Of a stretch of DNA of 38,152 bases, positions 1-13,212 are shown piece after piece (positions within the stretch are counted from its first letter, which is position 1; each line of letters opens with the position of its first letter). The stretch comes from Octopus bimaculoides (Eukaryota), in NCBI RefSeq assembly GCF_001194135.2, contig NC_068996.1, forward strand, positions 57,117,322 through 57,155,473. The letters are read 5' to 3'. Under the pieces are notes generated by a model. That model saw only the letters and a list, made by a program, of their open reading frames with translations. It did not search any database and was not told the origin of the DNA. Made by a program: the position numbers and the translations under genes.

Positions 1-31
<31 letters not shown>

Positions 32-32
<1 letters not shown>

Positions 33-195
33 GACGGGTTTCATTCAGTTTCCGTCTACGAAATCCACTCACAGGGCTTTGGTCGGGCCGTGGCTATAGT
101 AGAAGACACTTGCCCAAGGTGCCACGCAGTTGGACTGAACCCGGAACCATGTGGTTGGTAAGCAAGCTACTAACCACACAGCCACTCCTGCACCT
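32..195 (-). mobile_element. tRNA-derived SINE family A, 5' head
   Basis: Reverse complement reads AGGTGCAGGAGTGGCTGTGTGG (A box)...GGTTCAGTCC (B box)...CCTTGGGCAAGTGTCTTCTACTATAGC and runs into (TA)n at 1-31. It is homologous to 1215-1370 and 32841-33004 in this window. Confidence 0.85.
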
Positions 196-544
196 ATATA
201 TTGTAATAATGAATTTTGAAGCTCACATAAAGGTATAAATAACAGCGTGTAAATTGGGTTGACTTTAGTATTTTGTTTCTAACGAATTATCACAATCTCT
301 CTAAACACCTAGCGTCAACCGCGTCCCTTGACATTCACCGTCCCCTTATGAGCTCACACTGCCACTAAGGAAGCACTACGGTCCATTAAGAACAACTTGT
401 GTAGATGGTTCTTCTTTAATTTGTATGCGACTTGTAATGTCAAATGTGTCAGAGCCAACGATTGATCTCTTCTTACTACTGCAGCGTTTGTTGTTACATC
501 TTTTACTCTCTATCTCTCTCTCTCTTTCTTTCTCTCTCTTTCTC

Positions 545-606
<62 letters not shown>

Positions 607-935
607 NNNNNNNNNNNNNNNNNNNNCTCTCTCTCTCTCTCTCTTTCTTTCTCTCTCTTTCTCTCTCTCTCTCCCTCTCTCTAGTGTAATGCATATTTAA
701 CATTCTCCGTATTTTTACTGAGAATTCTTGTATGTGTCTTTTTGATGCAAGAGACGACTATGTGTATCTGCAGTCGTTTAAAGACTGAAGTATTTTTTGG
801 TGCGGACGTTCAATTTTCTGGTGGTACTCCCAATGTAGAGTGCACCACATATATTGCAAACTACCTCATATGTACTACGCAGGTCTTCGTGCACAAGTTG
901 TTGACGGGGCAATTAGATAGTGTACACCGCATGTA

Positions 936-1139
936 TATATTCTTTAGTTTTTTTATTTGTTTCAGTCATGTTACTGCAGTCGAACAGATCGACCCCCCCC
1001 CCACACACACACACACACAGGACTTATTCTTTGTAAACGTGGTCCCTATTCTATCGGTCTCTTTTGCCGAACCGCTAAGTTACGGGGACATAGACACACC
1101 ACCATCGGTTGTCAAGCGATGACGGGGTGACAAACACAG

Positions 1140-1190
<51 letters not shown>

Positions 1191-1370
1191 CATATACACA
1201 CACACACAACGGTGGTCTTTTTTTTCAGTTTCCGTCTACCAAATCCACTCACAAGGCTTTGGTCGGCCTGAGGCTAAAGTAGAAAACATTTGTCCAAGGT
1301 GTCACGCAGTGGGATTGAACCCGGAACCATGTGGTTGGGAAGTAAGCTTCTTACCACACAGCCACGACTG
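936..1370 (-). mobile_element. tRNA-derived SINE family A, near full length (head, internal microsatellite, tail)
   Basis: Head at ~1215-1370 aligns to 32-195. A (CA)/(TA) spacer lies at ~1135-1210. The tail at 936-1135 is homologous in reverse complement to 33090-33282. Confidence 0.85.
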
Positions 1371-4093
1371 TGTATATGTGTGTATTATATATGTATATAT
1401 ATATTATACATATATATGTGCACACATATATTCATATATATGTATTTGTGTATGCATATGTGTGTGTGAGAGTGTACACGCGCGCAAGCACACACACACT
1501 AACACCCCGGTGAACGAAATTAGTAAACCTATCTATAAAAGAACTTTCTTATCTAGGGATTAACATGCATCTTACTGTCGTAGAAATGTGGAAATAAATT
1601 GTCCTGATAAAAATTTTAATAAATTGCGATAGAAACCAGAAGTAACAAAAGTCCATGCCATAATTTCATATAAACAATGTATATAAGAAAACAAATGTAT
1701 AGAACTTACATCAATTCATCCTGCGTCTCTTACCTGCATTATACATAAAGGTGAATTATGACGGGTAGAGTGAAATGGCTCTTTCCAAAAAAATAATTGG
1801 CTCATATACTCCTAGTGAATCCTCAAGAACAATGCCACCGTTTCCAATTCGTTTATTCTCTATAATAATTCATTAATTGTTCAGGATTATTGCAATGCTG
1901 ATATATAACTGTGTTGGCTGTTATCTACCAACATACAAACCATTGAATTGCTTTTTTCAGAGATGGTGTTCAATATTGAGTAGCTAGAAACATTGTACTT
2001 TAGCTACTATTTTTGAAATACCAAACACATCACTAGAAGGTGCTATACTTGTTGGTGTTTATAGATGTGGCATAATGAACGTCTTCTATATGTTCTTTTT
2101 AGAACATTTTCTAATGTCACCATCGTTACTTCCAGTTTTTGTTCTAATTTATTTTCAAATTTTAAAGACAATTTACTTTTTTTTTTTCGCGAAAGTAAAC
2201 TGCATGTTAACAACTAGAGAAAAGCAAAATAGTAAAAACTTAATCCTTATGTTCGAAGTAAACTGAAACCATCAAGTCTGACCAGGAGCATTGTCCAAAA
2301 GTAGAAATGTCTTGCGTTCAAAACTGTTCTTCTCACAACAACGTTTGACAAGGATCTTGATTTAACACGCTATTCGATAAACAAACCCTGTGTAGCTCAA
2401 GTCTTTTGCTTGTTTGTTTGTTTGATTTTTGTTTGCTTTTCTTTTTTAACTTCATACTTCCATGTAACAAAGCAGACTAGATTTGAAGATGTTTTCAGTA
2501 GCCCTTGTATCAAAACAAGCAAAAGACAAATAAATAAACATGATCACTGTTTCAAGTCTCCGTGATATCTCTTCCTAACAGTCATATTTACCCCCCCCCT
2601 TTTTTTGTGGGCTGAGGTCTGTTTTTTTTTTTTACTCTGCTTTCTCTCCTCTTTTGAAACAAATTTTAGAGTGTAATCTTTTCCCAAAACAATCGGTATT
2701 CGTATTAAAATTCTACATTTTGTGGGTATTTACTTCTTTATAGAATATCTTCCAAATTGCGCATACCAACTTTTAATTCGTCAGTTTGATTCACATTCTT
2801 TTTTTTTTTGTTAGTTGGAAGGGCAATTTCCTAATGACACCGCTATAACAGACATATTTATATACGTTACCCTTTATTTATATGCGTTACCCCTTATTAA
2901 TATCAGAAATACTTTGCTCTTCGCAGAAATTCCAAGAGCCACTTAAAATATTGCAGGCTTTTCTTCAGTTGCTGACGAAAGCCATCGCAATGTTGGAAAC
3001 CCTTCTGTGTCATCAATAACAAGAGCTTAATTAATTTCAGAAGAAAAAAAGTATATAGTATTTTGAGAAATTACGAAATATCTACATAAATGGTACAATG
3101 TAGTACCACCAAGCATTCCAGAAGGCAAAAGCTGACCAAGCGTGACTGACCGTTTTCTTTTAAACGCGCTAATAAAGCAACAGGTTTCTTTCCGTATAAT
3201 GAGGTTCAAATTTAAGCAGGAGTATTCCAGGCATTGAGAATAATTTTGTTTTTTCATCTTTTCGACTGCCTATTTGCTACAATATAATGTTACAGTTTAA
3301 TAATCCATTACGATTAGGTTTTCAATCGCAGAGGAAACATGAAACAAGAAATTGTTGTGTGTGTAGGGGTAGTAGTGTTTGTGTGTGTGTGTGTGTGTTA
3401 TTTTCGTTTCTTGTAGGCATCTAAGATTGTACTGAAACCCATATTTATGTGTTTATTTATTTCACTCATCAAAATGAAACCATGCATTTGGCATCAACTT
3501 CAGTGCTGACAACTCAACGTTTTTTTTATTACATTGTTTTGTTTTGTCTTGTTTTTGTTGTTGCTGCTGTTGTTTTTTGGGGGAAGGTGTGTTTCTTTGT
3601 AAAGCTTAAGTATCGCCAAGTGTTGAATGAGTCGGCAGTGAATGCTAAATCGCGATGATAGTAATCTTCTTATATGTTTAGTCTCAAGCACGGGAAAGAA
3701 ATGCAATAGGTGTCTTTTAGAGTATCTCGGGATAAACACTTTTAAGTTTCGTAGCTATTTGGAGTGTAGTTGGATTTCAAAACATACATAAAGCTATAAA
3801 TAATAGAAAGTGAATGATGGGTTGGAAAACCTTTTCGGGTAGAAAAAGCCGAAAGCTGCCTCGTGGGAAACATGAAGTTTTGTACATTTGTCTTTCATCA
3901 GAGAGAAGAGATGATAATGATGATGCCATTAATGATGATGATGATGATGATGATTGATTGATTGATTGATTTATATGGTCTCTTCGGTCAAAGTTGACCT
4001 TATACCTGTACAGGTCTGAACAAGATTTTGAAAGGAATACTGGTTGTTGTCTATGTGTTCAAACTTCTCTATGCTATCGATGTTTATCTAAAG

Positions 4094-4432
4094 CCGGGAT
4101 TCTCAACCATTTTTTTAAACAAAGAACCCCTTTGATTACTATTTCATTCTGGTGGACCCCACCAGAGCCATTCAATGTTTAAAAATTAGTTTTATAGAAA
4201 CTTCTTTCAAAATTCCTTTTTTTTGTTTTTCACATATTTAACTTGTGTAGGTTGATCTATGGAAAATGTTAGAGAAAGAAACCCTGCTGTTTCTTGCAAT
4301 ACATACATCTAAAGCAAAAATTTTTCAGGGGCCCTTAAAATACTATAGTGGCATTCAATTTACTAATTTTTGCGTGGATCCCCCCCCCCCAAAAAAAAAA
4401 TATTTTATATGGACCCCGGTTGAGAACCACTG
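4094..4432. mobile_element. Non-autonomous hAT (Charlie-like) MITE, 339 bp
   Basis: TIRs ccgggattctcaacc (4094-4108) and ggttgagaaccactg (4418-4432) match at 12/15. A perfect 8-bp TSD ATCTAAAG lies at 4086-4093 and 4433-4440, fitting the Charlie NTCTARAN target. Confidence 0.9.
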
Positions 4433-4844
4433 ATCTAAAGGACAGCTTGGCACCAGTGATATCATAAAGCATCTTTCCCGCCTACTTTCAGCAGTTCTAC
4501 TAATTAACTGCTCTGGATTAATGCATTTTTTTATCGACTCTCAAAAGAAGAAAGACAGATTTGACATCGGTGGTATATGAACTCAGAGATCAGGGATCCG
4601 GAAGAAATATCGTGAGGCATTCCATCGAACACTCTAATGGTTGTGTCAATTCGCAGCACATGCGTAAACCTGAACGAGATTTCTTTGAGAGATATTGATA
4701 GTTGCCCATGTATACAAGTCTGCCCTTCTTGACGCCACTGGTGTTTATCCAAGAGAAAAGTCAGTGATTTGGACCAATACAGGTGGGCATCAACGTCATT
4801 GCAAACATTGCTAACTGAACCTTAAAGATCTGGGACAGTTAACC

Positions 4845-4975
4845 ACGAGGTATCTTACCCGACCTTCTAACAGTTCTGCAAATCTACCGGACAGAATAGA
4901 CATTTATCAGCCCTGAAAGGATGAAAGGCAAAGCTAGCCTTGATAAGATTTGGGCTCAAATCGGTAAGAATCAGA
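4845..4975 (-). mobile_element. SINE family B, diverged fragment (weaker remnants near 4530-4575 and 29520-29630)
   Basis: atttatcagccctgaaaggatgaaaggcaaagctagcc matches the family B core. Confidence 0.55.
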
Positions 4976-5039
4976 ATATATATCACGAAACATTCTATCT
5001 AATGCCTTCATGGCTCTGCCAATTAACTGCTTGGGGAGA

Positions 5040-5580
5040 CAGATAAAAACATAAAGGTCTTATCGGTAGGACATAGAATCGCAAATCAGATAAGGAAAGA
5101 ATCTCGAGGGTGGGAAAGATGTGAACAGAAAGTGGAGAAAAGTCTGCATGCAGTGGTGTGAGCTTTGAGGCAGATGAACTGAGTGGTGTGGGAGTGTTAT
5201 GATGTAAGATGAAAAAAAAATGTGGACAAGCAGTGGTCAAAGTCGTAGACAGAAGTGGTAGTTGTGGGAAAGAAGAGAAAGCTAAGCAAAGAGGTGAGGG
5301 GTCTAAAGTAGAAATGACAACATGAACATGGTGTCGAAGTCAACTACGATGAGTGAGAACGGACAGAGAGTGAATTTGCTGGTGGTAGTAGTGGTCAGAA
5401 TAATAGTTGGTAGGAAAAAAATAAATTTAAGGAATTGGTAAGATGTGGTGGAATTAACATGTTAGGAGTGGTACAAAGAATGGAGGCAGGAAGTGTAGTA
5501 GTAACTAGAGGTAAGAAACAGGACAGAGGGTTGGAGATAAAAATAGAAGAGTTAGCAAGTGCTGTATCTAAAAGTACATC
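5040..5580 (-). mobile_element. Decayed CR1/L2-like LINE 3' fragment
   Basis: Purine-rich plus strand; the minus-strand remnant LANSSIFISNPL...TNSL resembles the C-terminal region after the RT domain. Heavily frameshifted. Confidence 0.35.
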
Positions 5581-5933
5581 CTCAGACATATAGTCACTCT
5601 CTCACACAGATCTATACATAGATACGCTCATATGCAGAGACATGTACACACACACACATACACACACACATACACACAAATTGTGTTGGGGATGTAACTA
5701 GACATTTATGAACCTCACAAGGTACGTTTTAATTTATCTAATCAAGGTATTTCTTCACTGCGTGTGTTCTACGAGTTATTAGAAACCCAAACACACCTGC
5801 GTGCGCACATACACGTACACATACACGCACACACAGATACATACTTACGTACATACTTATATGCAAGCATACATACACACACACATTCACTACATACATA
5901 CATACACACTCAAACGTGTATGTATTTATTTCT

Positions 5934-6024
<91 letters not shown>

Positions 6025-6331
6025 ATATACGGCGTTTCAGAAAGTCGAGACTTCATGATCGCAAATTATTTATTCAGAGAAAATTCTTTTCCAAGATGGC
6101 GAGTGAGGCCTGGGCTTCTGAATTTCTGGTCAATGGTATAAATAGCCTTAAATTTTGTGAATTCAAAAAGTTTATCATCACAGACGGGTTTCACAGTTAG
6201 GAGTTATTAGTTCTGGCCAAGTATCCAACAGTTTACTGATGTAGCTTCAGGAACATGCATATGCATCACATGCATTATACTCCGTCCACGAACCTATTTA
6301 GCGTTTTATAAATTGTGTGTGTTTGTGTGGA

Positions 6332-6455
6332 ATTACATTAGGTTTCCCGAACATAAAGGGTTTAGCTTTATGGCATATTGTCAGATCCCAAAAGCGTGTT
6401 ACGTGACAAGACGCCATAAAGCTAAACCCTTTATGGACGGGAAACCTAAGGTAAT
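6332..6455. repeat. Inverted repeat: 43-bp arms, 38-nt spacer containing an inner 6-bp stem
   Basis: Arms 6332-6374 and 6413-6455 are reverse complements at 40/43; inner ttgtca (6378-6383) pairs with tgacaa (6404-6409). Confidence 0.9.
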
Positions 6456-6572
6456 CCATAAACCTGCCTTTCCCATTTCTAATATACATCGCTCTACATC
6501 TTAGAGTGTGCTTCTTCTTTTGGATTTGTGTTTTTTTACAAACGATTGTGTGTGTGTGTGTGTGTGCGCGTA

Positions 6573-6623
<51 letters not shown>

Positions 6624-6916
6624 NNNNNNNNNNNNNNNNNNNNNNNNNNNNNNNNNNNNNNNNNNNNNNNNNNNNNNNNNNNNNNNNNNNNNNNNNNNNN
6701 NNNNNNNNNNNNNNNNNNNNNNNNNNNNNNNNNNNNNNNNNNNNNNNNNNNNNNNNNNNNNNNNNNNNNNNNNNNNNNNNNNNNNNNNNNNNNNNNNNNN
6801 NNNNNNNNNNNNNNNNNNNNNNNNNNNNNNNNNNNNNNNNNNNNNNNNNNNNNNNNNNNNNNNNNNNNNNNNNNNNNNNNNNNNNNNNNNNNNNNNNNNN
6901 NNNNNNNNNNNNNNNN
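6624..6916. other. Assembly gap (others at 607-626, 18794-18857, 19462-19471, 21012-21474, 22831-22841, 32396-32482)
   Basis: N runs, each flanked by di- or tetranucleotide microsatellites. Confidence 0.99.
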
Positions 6917-6924
6917 ATATATAT

Positions 6925-7706
6925 CATCATCATCATTATCATCATCATCATTATCATCATCATCATTATCATCATCATCATTTAACGTCCGTCGTTAAAT
7001 GATGGCATGGATTGGACAGTTTGACTGGGCTGGCATGCTGGAAGATTGTACCAGACTCCAGTCGGATTTAGCATGGATTTCTACGGCTAGATGCTCTTCA
7101 TAACGCCAACTACTCCGAGAATGTAATGGGTGCTTTTATGTGCTACTGGCATGGGTGCCATTTGCGTGATACTGGAGTGCGTTTACGTGCCGCCAGCATG
7201 GGTGCCAATATTCAGGACACCAGTATCTGCCACGACTGCCATTTTGCTCGGCTTGATGGGTCTTCTTCTCAAGTACGACATAATGCCAAAGGCCTTGGTC
7301 ATTGCCTCCGTGAGGCCCATCACTCAAAAGGAACTCAACCACTTTGCCTCCGTCAGATCCAACGTTCAAAAGATCTTCTTTACGTGCCACCAACATGGGT
7401 GCACTTGGCTCACGGGTCTTCTCAAGCACAGCATATCGCCAAAGGTCTCGGTCACTAGTCATTGCCTCTCTGATGCTCAAAGTTCGAAGATCGTGCTTCA
7501 CCACCTCATCCCATGTCTTCCTGGGTCTACCTCTACCACAGGTTCCCTCCACCATTACAGATCAGCACTTCTTTACTCAGCTGTCCTCGTCCATACACAT
7601 CACATGACCATACCAGTGCAGTCATCTCTCTTGCACACCACATCAGATTCCTCTTATGCCTAACTTTTCTCTCAAGATGCTTACACTCTGTCGAGTATGC
7701 ACACTG
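6925..7706 (-). mobile_element. RTE-clade LINE 3' end (ORF C-terminus, 3' UTR, (GAT)n tail)
   Basis: Minus ORF contains GRGRPRKTWDEVVKHDL...DRDLWRYAV, the typical RTE C-terminus. The 3' UTR motif ctacggctagatgctcttcataacgccaac and a (CAT)n tail lie at 6925-6981. Confidence 0.85.
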
Positions 7707-7720
7707 ACACTGCACATCCG

Positions 7721-7753
<33 letters not shown>

Positions 7754-8079
7754 TGTGTATGTATGTATGTATGTATTATGTATGTATTGAAATTTTCAAG
7801 AAAAGAGGTGACATTAACTTCGAAGTTTCACCCTGCCACCCTTCGAAATTTCGAAATCACACTCACTCTTCTTTTTGTAAAAGTATAAATATAAAAAGAA
7901 TCCAGTATACTTTTTTACGTTTGTGAATTTGCTTTGCAAGATTCCTGATGTGAAACTGTGTGCTGAAACAGATATTGTTCTATTTTGAGGTGGTTTATTT
8001 CGTGTGTGCGTGTGCGTGCGCGCGCGCGTACGCGTGTCTATGTGTTTCCCATGTGTTTATGTGTGTGTGTGTGTATAGG

Positions 8080-8640
8080 CTTGCCCACTACACTGTTTAT
8101 ATCTGTACCCTTTATATCGTTGTTATCGCTATCGTCGTTGTTCTCAGTGGCACTTTCACTCTCTCCTCACCTACGTTTTCTCTTCTGTTGCTGCTGCTGC
8201 TGTTCTTGACCCTTACTTTTGATATTGTTCTTGTATCTTTCTGTGTTTGTGTGTTCGTTCACGCTGTTGTTATCGTGGTTGTTGTTGTTGTCGTGTTGCG
8301 TGGTGTGGTGGTAGCGAACGTTATTGTCCCGTTCGTGTTTTCTATTGAGGCTTGGTCTATTATTATGTGTATGGCATCTGTAATCTGTCTAAGTGTCATG
8401 TCAGTTCTATGCGTTGATAATACCTTAACTTTTATGTTATTAACCGAGCCTATATGTTCTGCTTGAGAATGTTGGTAGAGCACCCGTCTATTCGCTTCCC
8501 CTATGTTGTGTGCTGCCTCTCCAATGTTGTCTTGTTTCTGTACCATCCTTGAGTACACCGTAGGCTATAGCTACATTCCTCATCTTACAGTTAACTTGTA
8601 AGTTCATCTTATATACTATACAATTGTTCTTCGTATGGAC
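8080..8640 (-). mobile_element. Penelope-like element fragment (GIY-YIG endonuclease remnant with low-complexity tail)
   Basis: Minus strand gives NCIVYK..., then LYQHSQAEH...IKVKVLSTH...LRQITDAIHI...IEN, resembling the PLE GIY-YIG C-terminal pattern (H...R..I.EA..I...N). Confidence 0.6.
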
Positions 8641-9099
8641 AAGTTCTACAGATCAGGGATTTTAATTATAACGATATGAAAAGACACGCACAGACACGCG
8701 CACATATAGTGCCTGGTGCCTTACACAACTATATTTAGTTCCGCCCGGAACAAATGTAAAGTTCACCTTAATTTTCTTCTTTAGTAAGTATCCCCCAGCA
8801 CACACACACACAAAAGAAAAAAAAAAGAGCGAAATTTCATGACGTCGCAAAAACAAGCTTAATTCCTTGGAAATCAACACTTTTAATAAAGAGCATTTTG
8901 TATGTAACAGAAGTGAAAGACGCCTATAACTAGGAAGAACAGACTGCAGTTTGAGAAAAATCGAACTGCTCATCAAATAGTTAAACTGAGTTAAACTTAT
9001 GGGGATAAGTGCAGAATATTTGTTATTGTTCTACATAGTTTAGGGTTTAAAGGTGTTCTCACTTATTCTGGTCATGTTTGCATCAACATTTCAAAATGC

Positions 9100-9205
9100 A
9101 ATTTGGTAGAATCGTTCGAGATCGAATGCTTCACGGTATTGTTGCGATTCTGAGTTCGGATCCGGCCGGTCAGGTATGCCTTTCGTCCTTTCGGGATCAA
9201 TAAAA
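9100..9205 (+). mobile_element. SINE family B, diverged head
   Basis: ttggtagaatcgtt...ttctgagttcggatccggcc...gcctttcgtcctttcgggatcaataaa. Confidence 0.65.
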
Positions 9206-9545
9206 AAAATACACAAATCTAAGACAGTAAATTAGTGGAACTGTCAGAATATCATACAAGATTAACTTGCAGTATTAGTTCTAAGGCTTTGCATTCTGGA
9301 TTCAGATTTTGTCATGACATTCTTGGGTGATTGGCTTATTCCATCATCCGGTTTAACACGATCAACAGGTGTCTTGAGTGCCTTTAGTGGACCCCACTCT
9401 GTTGCAAAGATTTAGTTCAAGAATACCATCTTCCTTACTATTAATCTCAGAGTTTCTGTAACGAGTTAAAAGTGCTACTTTCTCTGTATTAAACCTACTA
9501 AAGGCATGTTTGCATTGAGACAAACAATGCGTTATGCTTGTAATC

Positions 9546-9589
<44 letters not shown>

Positions 9590-10322
9590 GCGTGCATGTG
9601 TGTGTGAAGTAATCTGCATGTCTTAATCCAAGTGTTAACATTACTTATGGTATAGCTTCTATCAGTTTATACGAATTTATTGAGCAATTTTGTAAACACG
9701 AGAAAAGTACGTTGCAACGATTTTATTAAAAATGTATTTATTTATATAAGATTATACATCAATTTAGAATGATTATAAATTTAAAATTATTGTAAAACAT
9801 ACGTCTAATGTCATGAGAGCACTCCATGTGAAATTTACACATTTAAGAAGAGTTTTCAATTTGACACCATAACCCATCTATTTCGATTAATTTTCTCTTT
9901 CCTTGGTTTCCATTCTGCAATAACTAGTAAGTGTATAAAAACAACAGAACATTTTAAATACAGTATTTTTTGAGTTCGAGTATATAGTGTCTATTTTATT
10001 ACGTGTCTCTTGAAATGTTTTCTTTATGTTCCAATGTTTGCATTTTGAGAATATTTTGAACGAATTCAAATTGAAGGTTCGTTAGCAGAATAATAAAAAC
10101 ACGTATGCAACTTCACACTATACTCACTGTGTAAATCTTTTCCTACACTATTCCTCTCCGTTACACCAGGCTCGTCACTTCGTACATATATAGACGCTGT
10201 GTGAAAGCACTTCCGGTCGCTTCACACTAACAAGACCACTGGTTCTTAAAATGTCCTTTTCATTTCATTCGAATAATGAATCACGGAGCTAGTCCTTGTC
10301 TCGCCTTTCTCTTCATTTTAAA

Positions 10323-10355
<33 letters not shown>

Positions 10356-10356
10356 C

Positions 10357-10397
<41 letters not shown>

Positions 10398-10439
10398 CAC
10401 ATATACCACACACGTATGCGAAGCATGCTGCAGCCTGGT

Positions 10440-10591
10440 ACATTCCCAAGATAGGATCCACTTTGGTCCTGCCAACTATCGACCTATTGCTCTTATTTCC
10501 AATATCTTAAAGGTGATGGAAAGAGCCATTAACAACCTTCTCCAGTGACCTGAAGCCTCTCTTTCTCCCCTAACTTTCTACCTCCTCACCC

Positions 10592-10649
<58 letters not shown>

Positions 10650-11230
10650 AATATCCACCTCTGTGGTCTTCATAAAGGCAGACATACAACAGACTGCTTT
10701 TCTATATATGGTTTTATGTAGGCCACAATTGTGGTTAGTAAGGAGAGGAAGCAGAGAGAGAAAGACAGAGAAGTAACTCATTTCTGGAAAATTTGGTGGA
10801 ACAATCAGTGATGGGAATGAGTGGCATGATGTAGTATGCAGGAGGACAGTGTTTCCAGGCCTATCAGCACAAATGCTGAAGGGTTTATAACGTCTGAACT
10901 CCTTTCTTCACAACCTCAGTCTCCTTGGCCTTTGCCCCGTCAGTAAAACATCCAACCGTGTCTGAAAGGCGTGTCTCCAAGCTAAACTTACCCTCAATGA
11001 CCCTATGGACTACATCTGTTTCTCGTCTTTTGGAGCTTTTTTTGCCTGTCAATATCGCATTAGTGCGGCATTTGCCAATAGGGTTATCTTTGGCCCACGA
11101 TATTCGTTCTTTACATTAACAGCCTACTTGCCCTCACTTCCGACGGCGCACACTCTTATGTCCCCTCACCTTTCTCGCCCAAGCATCTCCCGACAAACAG
11201 ACATCGTCTCAATGAAAGGAGAAACCCAAA
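10440..11230 (+). mobile_element. CR1/Jockey-like LINE reverse-transcriptase remnant, interrupted
   Basis: PANYRPIALISNILKVMERAINN at ~10468-10536. A further frame gives Q*GYLWPTIFVLYINSLLALTSDGAHSY at ~11077-11160, corresponding to PQGSVLGPxLFxLYINDL...HSYADD. Confidence 0.75.
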
Positions 11231-11264
11231 TAAGATGGGCTACAGCAAATATTCTGCTCAATAC

Positions 11265-11725
11265 CACAGATTTGCTTGTCAGTTGTTTGACCTTAACCAG
11301 TTGAGCATGTCCCTTGGTGGCTGACGATATGTGCATCTCTGATCACGAGCAGAAGTAGTGGGGGAGCGTCATAGCCATGTGTTGAAAGGAATTCTTTGGG
11401 GTTTGGATAATTCACCTCTGGAAACATGGGTGTTCCGTTCAACATTCTTAAACAAACCTTATTCAGGGATCTTTTGTGTAGGATGGGCTACTCGACCTGG
11501 AGAAAATTCTAACTGGGCCCCACCTGCGAAGTCATGCCTTGTTTATCTTGATATGAGATTGCTATGTCATTCACATATGGTTGTGATGCATGTGCCTGGT
11601 GTACCCTTATCAGACGGGTAGTCATGATGAGTATACAGGGCTTCGTATATTTTATCACAGTGTCACTTTGATAGCATGCACTGCTCTCTCACTCAATAAT
11701 AATAATAATAATAATAATAATGATA
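11265..11725. mobile_element. Unclassified interspersed repeat ending in (AAT)n
   Basis: GC-richer block with no coherent ORF, abutting (AAT)n. I recall this sequence as a recurrent octopus repeat; it is single-copy in this window, so this is unverified. Confidence 0.4.
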
Positions 11726-11729
11726 ATAA

Positions 11730-13210
11730 TAAGATAATAGGGGTAAACACGCTAGCCAGAAGAGTTATAAATTACAGCTATAACATAATAAACTGGAAGA
11801 TCAGTGAATTGAGAAACTTAGATAGAAAAACCAGAAACCTATTAACAGCGTACCGAAGTCACCACCCCAAAACAGACAGAACATATCCCGCTCAGAAGGA
11901 GACCGTGGCCTTATACAGATAGAAAACTACTATAAAATAACAACAGTTGGACTAGTAAAGTACTTAGAAACAAAGAGTGGAAGACTACTGCATGTAGTAA
12001 AGCAACACGAGAAAAAGGAAACACTTTTCTCTGTACACACAAGGAGGCGACAAAATACAAAACAGAAGCAAACTACACTGATACACTGACCTCAGATGAC
12101 AACATAGCAGAAATGGTCAAAGATACACAAAAACTCGCATGAAAACAAGAATGGCTGAAAAGCTCTGGACTAAAAGTCGAAACGGAAGGATTAATTCTCG
12201 CTGCACCAATGCCTGTCTACAAACAATTATAAAAAGAAACTAATGAAAACAAGCCTCAACACCAAATGCAGAATATGCAACCAGCACAATGAAACAGTTG
12301 ACCACATCATCTCGGGCTGCCCAGTCCGTGCCAAGTCTGAATATATATATATATATATACAGACACGACAAAGTAAACAGTTATATCCACTGGACAATAT
12401 TCCAACATTCCAACATCAAAACCGACAACAGGTGGTATAAGCATGTGCCAAACAAGGTACAACATCCAGGTCACAATCATCTGGGATATGCCGGTTCGAA
12501 CCGACAAAGAAATAAAAACTAATCACCCAGGCATAATAATAAGGATTGGGGTAAAAAAAAAAACCCACCTGCTTACTGATAGACATTGTAGTCCCTTCTG
12601 ATCAAAATATTGTCAAAAAAGAAATGGAGAAATAGTACAAACACCTCGAAAATGAAGTGTTAAAAATGTGGGGCATGAAGGTAAAAACAATATCAATAAT
12701 AATTGCAGCTTTGGGCATGAACAAAAATGTAGAAGCTATACCTTGATTCTCAACACTACATATTGTCTAAAAAATAGCCCTGCTAGGAACAGCCCACATC
12801 CAACGTCAGACATTATCAATCCAATAATACAACCTAAATAAAACCCACAAATACAAGACACACTCTATACAGTATTTACCCAAGGAAATAAACTTCCACC
12901 AGCAAGCCAAATAACCAAAGCATTACACACTCAACACACAATACAAATACTAATACAACAAAAGACAGCACCACACCTCAAGATATAAAAACACTAACAC
13001 AATGCAGTACTGGGAAGATTTCGCACACTCCCAACGGCAGAACAAAAAACACACACACAATGCTGCACACATCCCAGCAACACGGAGGTGTAGCAGATGA
13101 TGCAGTAGAAAGTTGCCGCAATCTACCAAATATTGAACAGTTATATAATAATAATGATGATGATAATGATAATGATAATAATAATAATAGTAATAATAAT
13201 AATAACAATA
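11730..13210 (+). mobile_element. R4/Dong-type non-LTR retrotransposon 3' portion (RT thumb, CCHC knuckle, restriction-like endonuclease, 3' UTR, (AAT)n)
   Basis: Remnants include INWKISELRNLDRKTRNLLT, RGLIQIENYY, CRICNQHNETVDHIISGC (12267-12320), RHDKV..YIHW, WDMPVRTDKEI, LLIDIVVPSD, YKHLENEVLKMWGMK and KIALLGTAH (12771). Multiple frameshifts; (AAT)n on both sides. Confidence 0.88.
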
Positions 13211-13212
13211 AT

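Noticed and set aside
32-195. tRNA genes
   Set aside because: The A and B boxes belong to SINE heads; there is no complete cloverleaf and the sequence continues into SINE body.
425-700. ORFs rich in SL/ER, CV/TH, YI, poly-L/S/H throughout the ORF track
   Set aside because: They are translations of microsatellites and N-gaps with no coding signal.
3628-3642. 15-mer TGAGTCGGCAGTGAA shared with 23159-23173
   Set aside because: About one shared 15-mer is expected by chance in 38 kb, and the flanks do not align.
7960-8466. 168-aa hydrophobic ORF that looks like a membrane protein
   Set aside because: It is the antisense reading of a Penelope-like fragment and its GTT/GCT-rich tail.
10578-10860. 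Internal inversion of the CR1-like RT (LLTNHNCGLHK resembling LLSDHQYGFRK)
   Set aside because: The similarity is too short and weak to support without an alignment.
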